The notes under the pieces were generated by a model that did not search any database, was not told where the DNA came from, and saw only the letters and a list, made by a program, of their open reading frames with translations. A DNA stretch of 64,000 nucleotides, taken from contig CM120643.1 of the NCBI GenBank assembly GCA_051362555.1, positions 124,001 through 188,000 on the forward strand. The letters run 5' to 3'. The position numbers and the translations under genes are program-made. How positions within the stretch are numbered: the first letter of the stretch is position 1; each line of letters starts with the position of its first letter. Shown here in pieces: positions 39,001-51,322 of this stretch. This stretch comes from Lingula anatina (lineage: Eukaryota > Animalia > Brachiopoda).

Positions 39001-42000
39001 CATGTTGGTTGGGGTCACAGGTCAAGGCTATGGTGGCCATGGCGGTTGGGGTCAGAGGTCAAGGCTATGGTGGTCATGGCGGTTGGGGTCAGAGCTCAGG
39101 GCCATGGTGGTCATGTTGGTTGGGGCCAGAGGTCAAGGCCATGGTGGGCATGTTGGTTGGGGTCACAGGTCAAGGCTATGGTGGCCATGTCGGATGGGGT
39201 CAGAGGTCAAGGCTATAGTGGTCATGGCAGTTGGGGTCAGAGGTCAAGGTTATGGTGGTAATGACTGTTGGGGTGAGAGGTCAAGGCTATGGTGGTCATC
39301 GTGGTTGGGGTCAAAGGTCAAGGGTGTGGTGGTAAAGGCGGTTGGGGTCAGAGGTCATGGCTATGGTGGTCATCGTGGTTGGGATCAAAGGTCAAGGCTA
39401 TGGTGGTCATGGCGGTTGGGGTCAGAGGTCAAGGCTATGGTGGTCATGGCGGTTGGGGTCAGTGGTCATGGCGGTTGGGTTCAGAGGTCAGGGCCATGGT
39501 GGTCATTGTGGTTGGGGTCAAAGGTCAAGGCCATGGTGGGCATGTTGGTTGGGGTCACAGGTCAAGGCTATGGTGGCCATGTCGGATGGGGTCAGAGGTC
39601 AAGGCTATAGTGGTCATGGCAGTTGGGGTCAGAGGTCAAGGTTATGGTGGTAATGACTGTTGGGGTGAGAGGTCAAGGCTATGGTGGTCATGGCGGTTGG
39701 GGTCAGTGGTCATGGCGGTTGGGGTCAGAGGTCAGGGCCATGGTGGTCATCGTGGTTGGGGTCAAAGGTCAAGGCCATGGTGGGCATGTTGGTTGGGGTC
39801 ACAGGTCAAGGCTATGGTGGCCATGTCGGATGGGGTCAGAGGTCAAGGCTATGGTGGTCATGGCAGTTGGGGTCAGAGGTCAAGGTTATGGTGGTAATGA
39901 CTGTTGGGGTGAGAGGTCAAGGCTATGGTGGTCATCGTGGTTGGGGTCAAAGGTCAAGGGTGTGGTGGTAAAGGCGGTTGGGGTCAGAGGTCATGGCTAT
40001 GGTGGTCATCACGGTGGGGGTCAGAGGTCAAGGCTATGGTGGTCATGGCGGTTGGGGTCAGAGGTCAAGGCTATGGTGGTCATGGCGGTTGGGGTAAGTG
40101 GTCATGGCGGTTGGGTCAGAGATCAAGGTTATGGTGGTCATCGTGGTTGGGGTCAAAGGTCAAGGGTGTGGTGGTAAAGGCGGTTGGGGTCAGAGGTCAT
40201 GGCTATGGTGGTCATCACGGTTGGGGTCAGAGGTCAAGGCTATGGTGGTCATGGCGGTTGGGGTCAGAGGTCAAGGCTATGGTGGTCATGGCGGTTGGGG
40301 TCAGAGGTCAAGGCTATGGTGGTAATGACTGTTGGGGTGAGAGGTCAAGGCTATGGTGGTCATCGTGGTTGGGGTCAAAGGTCAAGGGTGTGGTGGTAAA
40401 GGCGGTTGGGGTCAGAGGTCATGGCTATGGTGGTCATCACGGTGGGGGTCAGAGGTCAAGGCTATGGTGGTCATGGCGGTTGGGGTCAGAGGTCAAGGCT
40501 ATGGTGGTCATGGCGGTTGGGGTCAGTGGTCATGGCGGTTGGGGTCAGAGGTCAAGGTTATGGTGGTCATCGTGGTTGGGGTCAAAGGTCAAGGGTGTGG
40601 TGGTAAAGGCGGTTGGGGTCAGAGGTCATGGCTATGTTGGTCATCACGGTTGGGGTCAGAGGTCAAGGCTATGGTGGTCATGGCGGTTGGGGTCAGAGGT
40701 CAAGGCTATGGTGGTCATGGCGGTTGGGGTCAGAGGTCAAGGCTATGGTGGTCATGGCGGTTGGGGTCAGAGGTCAAGGTTATGGTGGTAATGACGGTTG
40801 GGGTCAGAGGTCATGGCTATGGTGGTCATCACGGTGGGGGTCAGAGGTCAAGGCTATGGTGGTCATGGCGGTTGGGGTCAGAGGTCAAGGCTATGGTGGT
40901 CATGGCGGTTGGGGTCAGTGGTCATGGCGGTTGGGGTCAGAGGTCAAGGTTATGGTGGTCATCGTGGTTGGGGTCAAAGGTCAAGGGTGTGGTGGTAAAG
41001 GCGGTTGGGGTCAGAGGTCATGGCTATGGTGGTCACACGGTTGGGGTCAGAGGTCAAGGCTATGGTGGTCATGGCGGTTGGGGTCAGAGGTCAAGGCTAT
41101 GGTGGTCATGGCGGTTGGGGTCAGAGGTCAAGGCTATGGTGGTCATGGCGGTTGGGGTCAGAGGTCAAGGTTATGGTGGTAATGACGGTTGGGGTCAGAG
41201 GTCAAGGCTATGGTGGTCAGAGGTCAAGGCTATGCGTCAGATGTCAGGGTTATGGTCTCATGCTCTCACGTTCTCCGTCGTTAACCAATGGCAAATTGAC
41301 AACCATATACGGATAAGACGGATTTTTTACATTGAAAAGAAATATGGGAAGATGTATTACTAAAGTGTGTTCAAACCTTTAAGACATCCAACGGTAGAAA
41401 TATGTCAACAGTATATGCTAACTGCTTGGATCTGTCCTCGGGAAAAAGGTACGGCTTAAGAGCGTCATGGATAGATACACCAGCGTTTTTTAATGGTATA
41501 ACTGTTTCCATTTCGTCGTCTGTATGAGCACAGGCGTTCACTTGGCGAATAACAATGCGTTTTTCATTAGGCGGGGCGTATTTGATGCGTGTGATGGTAG
41601 CCGTACAAGGGAGGTGATCCTCCGGAAGGACCTTGTCTTGAAGGAGCACATTCAACAAGGAACTTTTACCCGAGGATGTCTCACCTTAATTAAAAGGAGA
41701 AATGTTCTAACAAGACTTTCAAAGAGGGCCTGTGTGTTTTTAGGGAGATTGTTTGTGGTTATACCACTTATTCAAAAAGCGACGTGAAATACCACAGAAG
41801 TTCATAGAACAACATTTTTTTATTATGCCATGGATTAGATAGAGTTGTGTTAAACAGTTTCATGTGCTATAAGTTTTTGGTAAACAAAAATACTGTTTTT
41901 AAAATTTCTGTTACATTTTTCTATAGCTATTGATAAATAAACTGTTTATGTTTATGGTTGGAATTGAAAATGAAGGGTGGACCTTTGCATTGCAGATGTC

Positions 42001-43260
42001 TTTAGTGTAAAATTATCTGACATAATGTATGAAAACACAAACGTATTTTACATACCCGCTACAAGTATGGGACACTCCCCGCTGTCCAGTGTAGCTCGTC
42101 GCATCATTAACTCTTCTGTTGCTGACTGTCCCTTCAGCAGCGACTCGGCGCGAAGACGTTCAACTATGACGCCCTCGTGGTCCAAAAACGCCGTCTGATC
42201 TATGACGTCACTGAAAATAGCTTGCAGATGGCTGCGTCCTTCGTCATCAATGTCTTTGATGTGTGAAAACACTTGACTGCCCTAAGACATGGAATAAAAA
42301 TTAACAAATCAATAATGTACAATCAGTGCAAAGAGGACAGATTTGATATTGCTCAAGAATGTGTAACAAATTGAGACAATCATTTTTTCCTAAGCTGACT
42401 CAAGGATACAATATACCAAATTATATATGTCAGTCTATATTGAAATAAATAAATAATAAAGAGTTATTGAATCTTATTAAAACTAAACACGTGTATATTC
42501 AAGTTTGCTGAATACTTTAGTTTTCGTCAATTTCAGGACATTTTGGAGACTTTACACTACTCCAGTTACTAACACGTGGATCTTTTTTTCTACATATGCA
42601 TGCATGCATGTATGATATGCCCCTATTTCTAGCTATTTCCCGTTCCCGTTGGGCATATAATGAGGCCAGCTTCCCTGCCAGGCTCTCATATCACATCTGT
42701 ATGTTGCTTGAAAGTTTCTTGTCCTCAGACAATTGGTGTATTAAAACAAACCTCGTTTGGTCGTCCGCCGGTTTCCATTTTATTTCGATGGAGTTCCAGT
42801 CTTTCCAACGCGTCGTCCAGAGTTTCGATACCTTCCATTGAAACTTGCATCTCTTCCATTAGGTCCATGGCTCCACTGAGATCTTCTACCTGTTCAATAT
42901 CCCCAGACGTAAGCCTTGCCGTAGCTTTGTGGAATGCTTGCAACTGAAAACATATATAGTTTATTATTTTAGTAAAATGTATCAAACTTACAGGTAGAAA
43001 TTGCATGTGAGAACTGAGAAGGCGTTTCCCTTTCTAAATACACAATAAAAGAAATCGTGGCTCCAGACGTGTTCAGAACCGCCTGTAATGGTTCATCCGA
43101 TGCATCCATTGATCATTTTAGTGTGAATATCTGTCTGTGTATGTCAGTGTATTTGCCAACAATGAAAACAAACCTGAAATGACTGTCCATCACATGTGGG
43201 ACGCTGGTTCGGGTTTTCTTGGTCGGCATCTGAATGACCCGGCTCCTCCGTCAAGTCCAT
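30795..43260 (-). CDS. Mitofusin/bacterial-dynamin-like GTPase + hydrophobic hairpin + C-terminal pseudokinase (DSTYK-like architecture), ~1103 aa, 10 exons
   Basis: Exons 43260-43174, 42943-42752, 42281-42056, 41684-41377, 37293-37147, 36251-35926, 34408-33194, 32716-32583, 31724-31585, 31331-30795 (all GT-AG, phases consistent, 3312 nt). G1 ILVAG|ETSSGKSS, G2 LPEDHLPCTATITRIKY, G3 VDTPGIGE, G4 FVCNRWD. Hydrophobic VAIGLFAPVILPVGFVAGIFAAIPMALFGL. Kinase fold with VMIK but HMELSMETV (no HRD) and NIG (no DFG). The start codon is tentative because the frame stays open upstream. Confidence 0.85.
32993..33040. repeat. (AAT)n/(ATT)n microsatellite
   Basis: An AAT run followed by an ATT run, forming a short palindrome. 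Confidence 0.85.
34416..35567. repeat. 49-bp minisatellite, ~23.5 copies, intronic and abutting an acceptor
   Basis: Unit ATGATGGTAGAATAAGTAAACCAT(G/A)AAAGGTGAC(T/A)GTCC(A/G)CGGGCTGGG. It ends 6 nt from the minus-strand acceptor AG at 34410-34409. Confidence 0.97.
36520..37038 (+). mobile_element. Internally deleted Tc1/mariner element
   Basis: TIR TACTGACAGTCAATGAAAA(T)GCATCA with its complement TGATGCGTTTTCATTGACTGTCAGTA. Internal ATG at 36798 encodes MPRLTLEERLRALGMLEDGRNQR, a Tc1-type transposase N-terminus, then is truncated. Confidence 0.8.
37383..41235. repeat. G-rich 37-bp satellite (~100 units) with higher-order structure, inside an intron of the minus-strand GTPase-pseudokinase gene
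   Basis: Consensus GGTTGGGGTCAGAGGTCAAGGCTATGGTGGTCATGGC, with recurrent variant units and shorter ~22-bp units. Variant blocks recur at a 1583-bp offset (for example 37706/39289 and 38040/39623). Confidence 0.97.
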
Positions 43261-44731
43261 CGCCAGTGAAATAGCTTGTAGCTGTTTGTTTTTATTTGCC
43301 TTGAGATTGTGTGAGGCCTGCTCCTCGTCTCTTAGCTGACTACCAGTATGCCTTTGTCAATTACAACTGTAAAGTTCAATTTTATGACAATGTACTGGAT
43401 TCACAGTATGGTTTACTACAATACACTGCAATACAATACAATACTCCACAATGCAATGCAATGCAATACAATAGATTTTATTTCATGTCGGTTATAATTT
43501 AAACGGAAACATTAGCTTTGCAGCTATTCACCGACTGAATTACTGCTCATGTAAGGCATATACTAGTTTTAACCCAACGTTTGATAGATACCATCGTTAA
43601 TATCAGAGAAGAAACGGCACATTTACCAAGTCGATTATGTTGGGGTGTTGCAATGTTTACTTTGAATTTCAGATTATAAGATTCAGCCATGTGAGAATAA
43701 GTTCGAACACTCGCGTGTTAAGACGCACTAATACTATATTATTACGTCGTCACAGTAACGAAGGGCACATCAGGTCAGCAGAATGGAAAACACACCACTT
43801 CATTCCTAAGCTGGTTATGTATGGGGACATTAGAAAAGGCAGGTAACAACGTTTTAATCACGCTTTATCAAGACACATGAAAAAGTGAATACCAACAGAG
43901 ATAAATGAGAAAATCGAGGCAGGTAACAAAAACAAGCGGAGGAGCACCATTACAGAGACTGCAAAGATAGTATAGGAGGACAGAGTCAATATCTACAAAT
44001 GTGCTCGTGAGAGAAGACACACTATTCCCACCCTCAATGCTGCTCTCAAATGCGATTTCTGTGGCAAAATCTGCAGACCGCGTCATGTTTATGTAGTATT
44101 TGTTATCCTGTTTGCTCATAGCTGCTCACTTTATTATCACAACCTATATAAATGTAATGACTTAAAATTTAATATTGACTTCCTCAGTTTAAAAGATGCG
44201 TCCAGGTAAAAAGGTAACATTCTTAAAGATTTCTATTTCATGTGAGATAGAGTAGGTACAGATAAAGAAAAAGATAAATAACTAAATAAATATCTCTCTC
44301 ACTCACTTTTCTTTACAAACAGACACTCAGTCATTTGCAAAAATATAGATATATAAGTACTGTAACTTTTACAATATGTGTCAACAACGATATGTTGATA
44401 ACCTAATAGTACGAGACCTGATAAAACTTTATAAATAATACAAAGCTTTATGATCTAATACAGATAGAAAGAAATATGTGTTTTACTATCAAATAACGGC
44501 AGGGGAACATACGCAGATAGAAGATATCAGTCCAGAAAGAGAGGATGCAGCTTTTTCCATTTTTCATTAAATTTATCTATTGTCATGTTTCTCAGACTTA
44601 TATTTCTCTCTGCGATGTAGGCCTGTCTCCATTCTATTTTTATATTTTCTATGTGCAGGGTAAGTTTTTCATTTTGAATTTATATATAATAAATTTTGTT
44701 ATAATCAGCAAACTGTTGAGCGCATTGCACT

Positions 44732-45705
44732 TCATATTTGGAATCCTTTTATACCTCCATTTGAGTACGATTGTGTCATTATATGTCGTTTTACTCTTTC
44801 AATTTTTCCATTCCATAAGAAATTAAAGCACATTTTTTGTATTTTGTCTGCATATTTATTTGGTATTGGCAATGTGGAAAATAAATGAGTCATTTTTGGA
44901 AGGATCATTGATTTAAGAATTACATTTCTCCCCAAAACTTAGCGATCGGTGAGTCCATTATTTCATAATTCTTTCCATATCTTCGAGTTTCTCTCTAAAA
45001 ATTTTCTCAATCATTTCATGTAAATTTACTGAGAAATCTATTCCAAGGATTCTGAAAAAACGTTCATTCCAATCGAGATTCAACTCTTTACACTCTTGTG
45101 AGTCTTTCTTGCTTCCGAACCAGTTTAATATAGTTTTTTGATTGTTCATTTGTAGTCCAGAGAATTGTGAGAATTCATTTAGAATCTTTAGGGTATTTCT
45201 TAAACTTTTTTTCAGTCCCATCCAACACAATAGTCGTGTCAATAGCATACTGGGAGATGAGAAAAGTTTGATTATGTATTGTAATGCCTTTTATGTCTAT
45301 TTCATTTTTAACATGATACTTAGTATCTCAGCACAAAGAATGAAAAGGTATGGGGAGATGGGGTCCCCTTGACGGCAACCCCGAGAAAGATTGAAGAAAG
45401 AAGAGGCAAAACCATTAACCAAGGCACACGAAGAGGAGTCTTTAAGGAAGAGCTTTATCAATTTTATGATAGATTCTCTAAAGCGAAAGAATTCAAAGGT
45501 TTTTTCGATAAAACCCCAATCGATTGAATCGAAAACATTAGCAAAATCGATTTGCATCAACAGACCTGGTATTTCATGCGAGTCACAGTATTCAATTAAA
45601 TCGAAAATGGTCCGTGTATTCTCACCTATGTATCTGCCCGCCATAAACTCATTTTGGTCTTCATTTATTAATATTGGTAGTACTTTCTTTATTCGATTCG
45701 TTGAA
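44732..45705 (-). mobile_element. Degenerate L1/Tx1-type non-LTR retrotransposon reverse transcriptase fragment
   Basis: GRYIGEN, IDFANVFDSIDW, RGCRQGDPISPYLFILCAEIL, decayed SQYAIDT (YADD), FSQFSGLQMN, ILGIDF, LKSMILPK..HLF, FLWNGK, GGI. Contains frameshifts and stops. Confidence 0.88.
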
Positions 45706-46256
45706 TAACGAATCGAATCATCTAAAAATATGACTTATTGAGAACTCTTTCGATCAAAGCACACAAACCAAACAACCCTGCATGAGTTAGTAAGTTAATG
45801 AAGGGGTCAAGGGAAAGAAAACAAAAATTGTTTACTCTCAGTGAAACTGAAAAATATTAGAAAGTACGCGTCATTAAGCCTTTTGGGGCGCAGTTTAACA
45901 TCTGTAAGAGAGACAGCACTGTTCACACGACCAAGTTAAAATATTTGCTCAGTTCAACCAATTCAGTACAGATCACAAAATACCCTCCCTGGTCCACAAA
46001 TTCCGCCGTGAAGATGCACATAGCAGCCAGGGTCTTGAATTAGCTGCACTCTATGCTACTGAGACTAGTATCTGTCGCAGAGAGGAAATATCAGTAACAC
46101 TAGATTTAAGACAAAAATCACAAGTGCTGGATTATAGCTGGCAAATTAAATGTTAAACGCCAGTGAACGCGCACCTGTCACTTAAAGTCACTACTTAATT
46201 TGCCCTCTTTTCTTCAATCTGCCCTGAATCACGGGTCTACAGCATTTATGACAGCT

Positions 46257-46366
46257 GGCCTAGATAATAACACAATCACTCAACTTAAGGATAATCAATC
46301 AATACTTCACTTCAGCCGGCCTAGATAATAACACAATCACTCAACTTAAGGATAATCAATCAATAC
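46257..46366. repeat. 61-bp period tandem duplication
   Basis: GGCCTAGATAATAACACAATCACTCAACTTAAGGATAATCAATCAATAC occurs at 46257 and 46318. Confidence 0.85.
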
Positions 46367-48388
46367 AATTCCACTTCAGTGGCTGTCTAATTTCTTTAAA
46401 TATACAGGAAACCCACTGGGCCACAAAATAAACACAATAAATTTATTTACGATATAATTGCCCTTAACATCAATTTTCCTTGTCAATTAATTCAATAGAC
46501 CAGAGTCTATTTGTCTGCTTAGTCGACTTTTCCAAGAACCCAACTTCTTTCACACCGGCTGAGCAGAGCTGATGATGGCAACATTTCAGTAATCTTTCAA
46601 AGTCATCAACGGTATGTAGGTCAGTCGCATAAAAATTTCAATGGCAAAAGGCGGTCATACCCCCCTATTTAAAGCTCTCAAAATACTCGAAAATAAACAC
46701 TTTTTACTCTGCAGATATATTTCATAGGGGTTATAAACAGTATGAAATAAGGATGTGATAAGTACCAAGGGACAAATAAGGTGTTTTTTCATAATGGACA
46801 GTGTCTCCCTGGCAATAATCTAAGCCCGTGAACAAAAAAGAGAGTGCACAAAAAATCTCAATAACTAAAACCTGAAAAGAAAAAACGAATTTTTGTTAAA
46901 TACTTAAAATCTGAAGGATTCTTGCGACAGATGTGCAACAAGTTAATAATGGAATAAGATATATGAAAAATGGGAGGAATCCCTGTCGATAGCACTCCCG
47001 TAGTAACATCTGAAACCCAAATTGAATAGGCGCTGCTGAATATTATTTCAAAATGAGATGTTAAAACCTAGACCAAAACTCTCCAAAGGACTTTAAACTA
47101 AAACCTTCAATTTAGTGCTGTGCACATCTGAAACGCCTGATAAACCCCAATTGTATAGTTTACTGTATACTGACTAACAGACTTACATGGTTTTAGAAAC
47201 AGACCGGAAGTTTAGCGAAGGAGAGGATTTTAACCCTGTTACTGCACGCCTGATAACATATTCACTCTTTAAGTTAATCGTTAACAGACATTTGTTTTAT
47301 GGGGAAAAAACACTCTGAATATCCGAATATAAGTATGCAGGGCAAAAGGTTCTCTTATAATTACCTAAACTATGTAGCAAACGTAAATATGGTGCAATCC
47401 ATTAAGTAAATGCAATTCGTGATTATAGGCATATCAGTAGATGGTGGCTACACCCAGCATTTTTTTTAAATCAAAAACTGGTATGATGCAAGTACCGTAC
47501 ATGTAGCCCAGCCCTGTCCAGCATCTTTATATGCGACATAGAAACTAACTGAACTAAAAACACCGCTATTCAACAAGTCTGGAAGAACTTATTCGCACAA
47601 TAATGTTTTCAATGCAGGAATTTTTCTAATTTACACTGCACAGTTCTCTCGTTGAGGTCACTGGGGTGTTACTGCGATGTTGTTATTGATATCAATACAG
47701 ATATAACTGAGGTCTTGGTGCATACGTGACAGGATAGATATGTTGGAACGTATTGTGTAGTGTGTTGTGAGTATACTTACGTTTGGTTTCAGCCGCTGAT
47801 CAGATGACCCTATTCGACGTAGTACACTCGGAGATGGGCGCTATTCATTAAGTAATATGACTAAATTCAATTTCACTTCCTCTGGTCCTCTGTGACCCAT
47901 TCCAATGAACGATGGACTTAAAGTTAATGGATACATTGAGGCCGGTCTTCTTCAATCTTTGTATTTTATGATCTGGCCGAAAACTTGAATAATAGTAGCT
48001 CTTGATTATCACTTATCTGCTACCTGCCGCTTTATCACAGCGGATGAGCAGCTACCGGTTGTACGATGCTGTGCCCACTGATTTTGCAAAGTGAAAGTAC
48101 CTGGGTGGAAATTGGACAGCTTTAACTAAAGCAAATAACACTTAGTCACTAAAAAGGTACGTAACACCCCAACAGAGGACGTGCGTGCCCTTATTTGTAC
48201 CTATCCGTCTCCGGTGAACGTGACAGACCTTATCGTTTTGTAAATGCAGGGATTTACACCTACTCAATTTCCGTTGAACTTTGTACCTTTCTGTGTCACC
48301 GCTAGACTTGTAAGTATGTCACGGCAACTGAGGGTGTTTATTCACTATCACAACTTGTCTCGCGCAGTCACTGTGCCACAGCAACAAA

Positions 48389-51279
48389 ATGGCGTCTGAA
48401 GACGAAATAAGCCGCCTAACTAACCTGATGGACTTACGAAGAAAATTCAAAGAGTTGGGACTACATTTTCAGGGTGTGAAAAGCATTGAAGAGGGGCGTG
48501 TAATATTACGAAGACATCTGCAAGAAGAGAAATACCAGCGGATGAAACCAAACGTACCTGTAAGTATACTCTCAGCATACTACACAATACGTTCCAACGT
48601 ATCTAACCTGTCATGTATTCGCCTCAGTTTTCTCTGTATTGATATTACACAATTACAATGTCTCATCTCAGAGCGTGTAAAGCACGGTGGAGGGGGGGGG
48701 GGGGACTGATAGCTGTTATCGTTGGTGGAGGGATGTGTATACATGTACTCGGCTCGAGTCTTAATGTGTGGACTTTTTTTTCTTTTCTTTTTTTCTTTCA
48801 GTATTTTGTAAGATGTTATGTTTATCCAAAGGTTTCATTTCTTAACATTATTAATAAAATGAAACAGTTCGTCATAAAGCGTCAGATTTCATTTATTTTA
48901 TGAAACTCCAATAAATTGTTCCACAATCTGTCTTGTCAGTAGTGTTCTCCAGCTGTGGATAACCTTACTTGTGCTAGGTAGATAAATCTGAAAGAACAGA
49001 TTGTAATCTGTTGGGCAGTGAGCCAATCCTCCTAACACAGCCTTTTATTTACCAATTCCTGGAATTACTTCTGCGTCACTTTATTTTCTTTTAATTCTAT
49101 TTATATCCTGGTGGGAACAAGGGGTACACGTGCAACCCCGTGACATATAACAGGAACGCACCTTTTTTTGCTTAATCCTCCATTGCCAATTTTTTTAACG
49201 AGTTCCAAAAACGAAAAAATGTCCTTTTAGACATCATTTTAAAGTTGAGAAACAACATGTGGCTGAAATGGGCATTTTTAAAGGGGGTAGGGAAAGAGAG
49301 TCGTTCATAACTTGTAATTCAAATAAGATATAACAATGATAAATACACAATTCAAGAGCTAAAGGAAGACACTTTACAAATTAGTAATGGAAGCTATATA
49401 ATCTTGAATGAGGTCTTCGATAAATGGGGTCAATAAAGGTCACTGTGGTATTTTCATTTTAAAAAAGGGCAGTAAAGATTACCTATTCAGAGCATAAAAT
49501 CTGATTTTAGGGCATTTTCGATAAATTTCATCTATATTGCAAAGAAGAAATGGCTTATTGGGAGTGTGTTTTACAGTCGATTATACAGCCTGTTTACATT
49601 ATAGTTTATTGTATGCAATGAATACAAATCATAATACTTGGAATTTCAAACGGCTGACTTATATGCTGTCAATTTTACAAGACTGTGGATTAAACTATAT
49701 ATGGATATCCCAAAATGTACAAAAAAGGCTTAATCCTGAGAACTGAGCAAACCCTTTCGGGAACAGTTTATACAAAAGTGGTATAACGATTGTAATAGTT
49801 CATCAAAAGGTATTTTTTACAAGTTGTTTACAAAAATGAATTTTGTTCGCGTAATTATTTAGAATTGGACCTATCAAAAAGAGTAATCGCACTACTTGCC
49901 AGATTTAGAACTAGTAACCATAGACTACCAATTGAGGTAGGTCGATGGAATAAAACTGAAAAAAACCATAGAATGTGTATTTTATGCGAACATATAGTAT
50001 ACATGTAGGTGATTAGTTTCATAATATAATGGATTGCGATTTACTCACAAATTATAGAAAAAAGTTGGTACCCGGCTATTTTATAAACAGACCTAACACT
50101 TATAAGTTTTACAATCTTTTTGCTTCAAAAAATATCAATATATTGACAAAAACTGTGTATATCCATAAACTAATCAATGAGAGATTTAACCCTTCGGGTT
50201 AAATAATACCGTTATATGTTCTCAATGTGAAAACTTGAGAAATAAATAAATGAAATGGAATGAGATTTGCAACTGATAAGGAGACAGGTACTGCAGATAT
50301 ATTCAATTTAATTGCAGAAGAAAAGAGTACACATGTGACGAAGCTATTCACTTGTCTTCGTCATGTTACGCGAGGTAGCAAATACAACTCTGATATTATC
50401 TTTCTTATTATTTATTGAACTACTGTCCAGTTATTACACGCGCCGCTTCCTTCCTTTCTATTCCTACCTCATGCAATCTCTAACGGCCTTCTCTCTGTTT
50501 ACACTACCCGCACGAAAATGCAGTAGTATCGAAGTAGCAAAGAAGCATTAACGCAGTAGTGGTGTGGAGCATATTTGCAGTAGAAATGCAGTATACCCTA
50601 CTGCAATTCTACTTCAAAAATTACATAGGGTTGCACAGAGGAGGAGCATTAATGCAGTAGATTAGCAGCATGATAGAAGCATGTTTCAAATATGCTAATT
50701 AGCTCCCAATGCGAAGCAGATTTGAGGCATATTTGCAGTATGATTGCAGTAGTCTACTGCGCTGGAGCATCTACTACGTTTTCGTGCGGGTAAGCACAGT
50801 TGTATAAATACCATAAGAGCATGTCAATCAACTTAAGTTACTCTACTAAACACTCCCCGCTCTTATTCACGGCATGCTGTCACTTACTAACGTTACACAC
50901 AGAAAAGAAGGTAAAATATATCTGTGATTTATGCATCATTATGTATATTATCGATATTTTCATCGAATATATACTGATTAGTTAATTGGTTACATTTTAA
51001 AGTTATCATCAGATGAGCACATAATGGTTATAGCAATTTGGCATCTCCACACATGTACACCATTTATAATACTCATAAACTAATTGAAAAAAAAACTTTT
51101 TAAAAATGTATCATCGTGTAGGTTAAGTAGTGTTTTAAACATATAACTAGATCATATATGGCAATGATGTATGCCAACGAAAAAAATATGGTCAAATTTG
51201 AGACATTCTCATGAAAATGAACCAATATATTTCCTTTATTCGGAGATAAGTTAGTATACGATATGATATTTTAAAATCC

Positions 51280-51322
<43 letters not shown>

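Noticed and set aside
37357-41363. Long Gly/Trp/His-rich ORFs (GGHGGWGQ, reminiscent of prion octarepeats or shell-matrix proteins)
   Set aside because: The 37-bp unit is not a multiple of 3, so all frames cycle through the same peptides. The array lies antisense within an intron whose flanking exons join in phase.
42600-42696. Possible extra exon (M*YESLAGKLASLYAQRERE) in the minus-strand gene
   Set aside because: Weak acceptor, a 55-nt intron and an immediate TGA. The flanking exons already join in phase 0 and match the paralog's structure.
43868-44119. ORF as a possible upstream exon of the GTPase-pseudokinase gene
   Set aside because: No recognisable homology or confident splice pairing. 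It cannot be excluded without transcripts.
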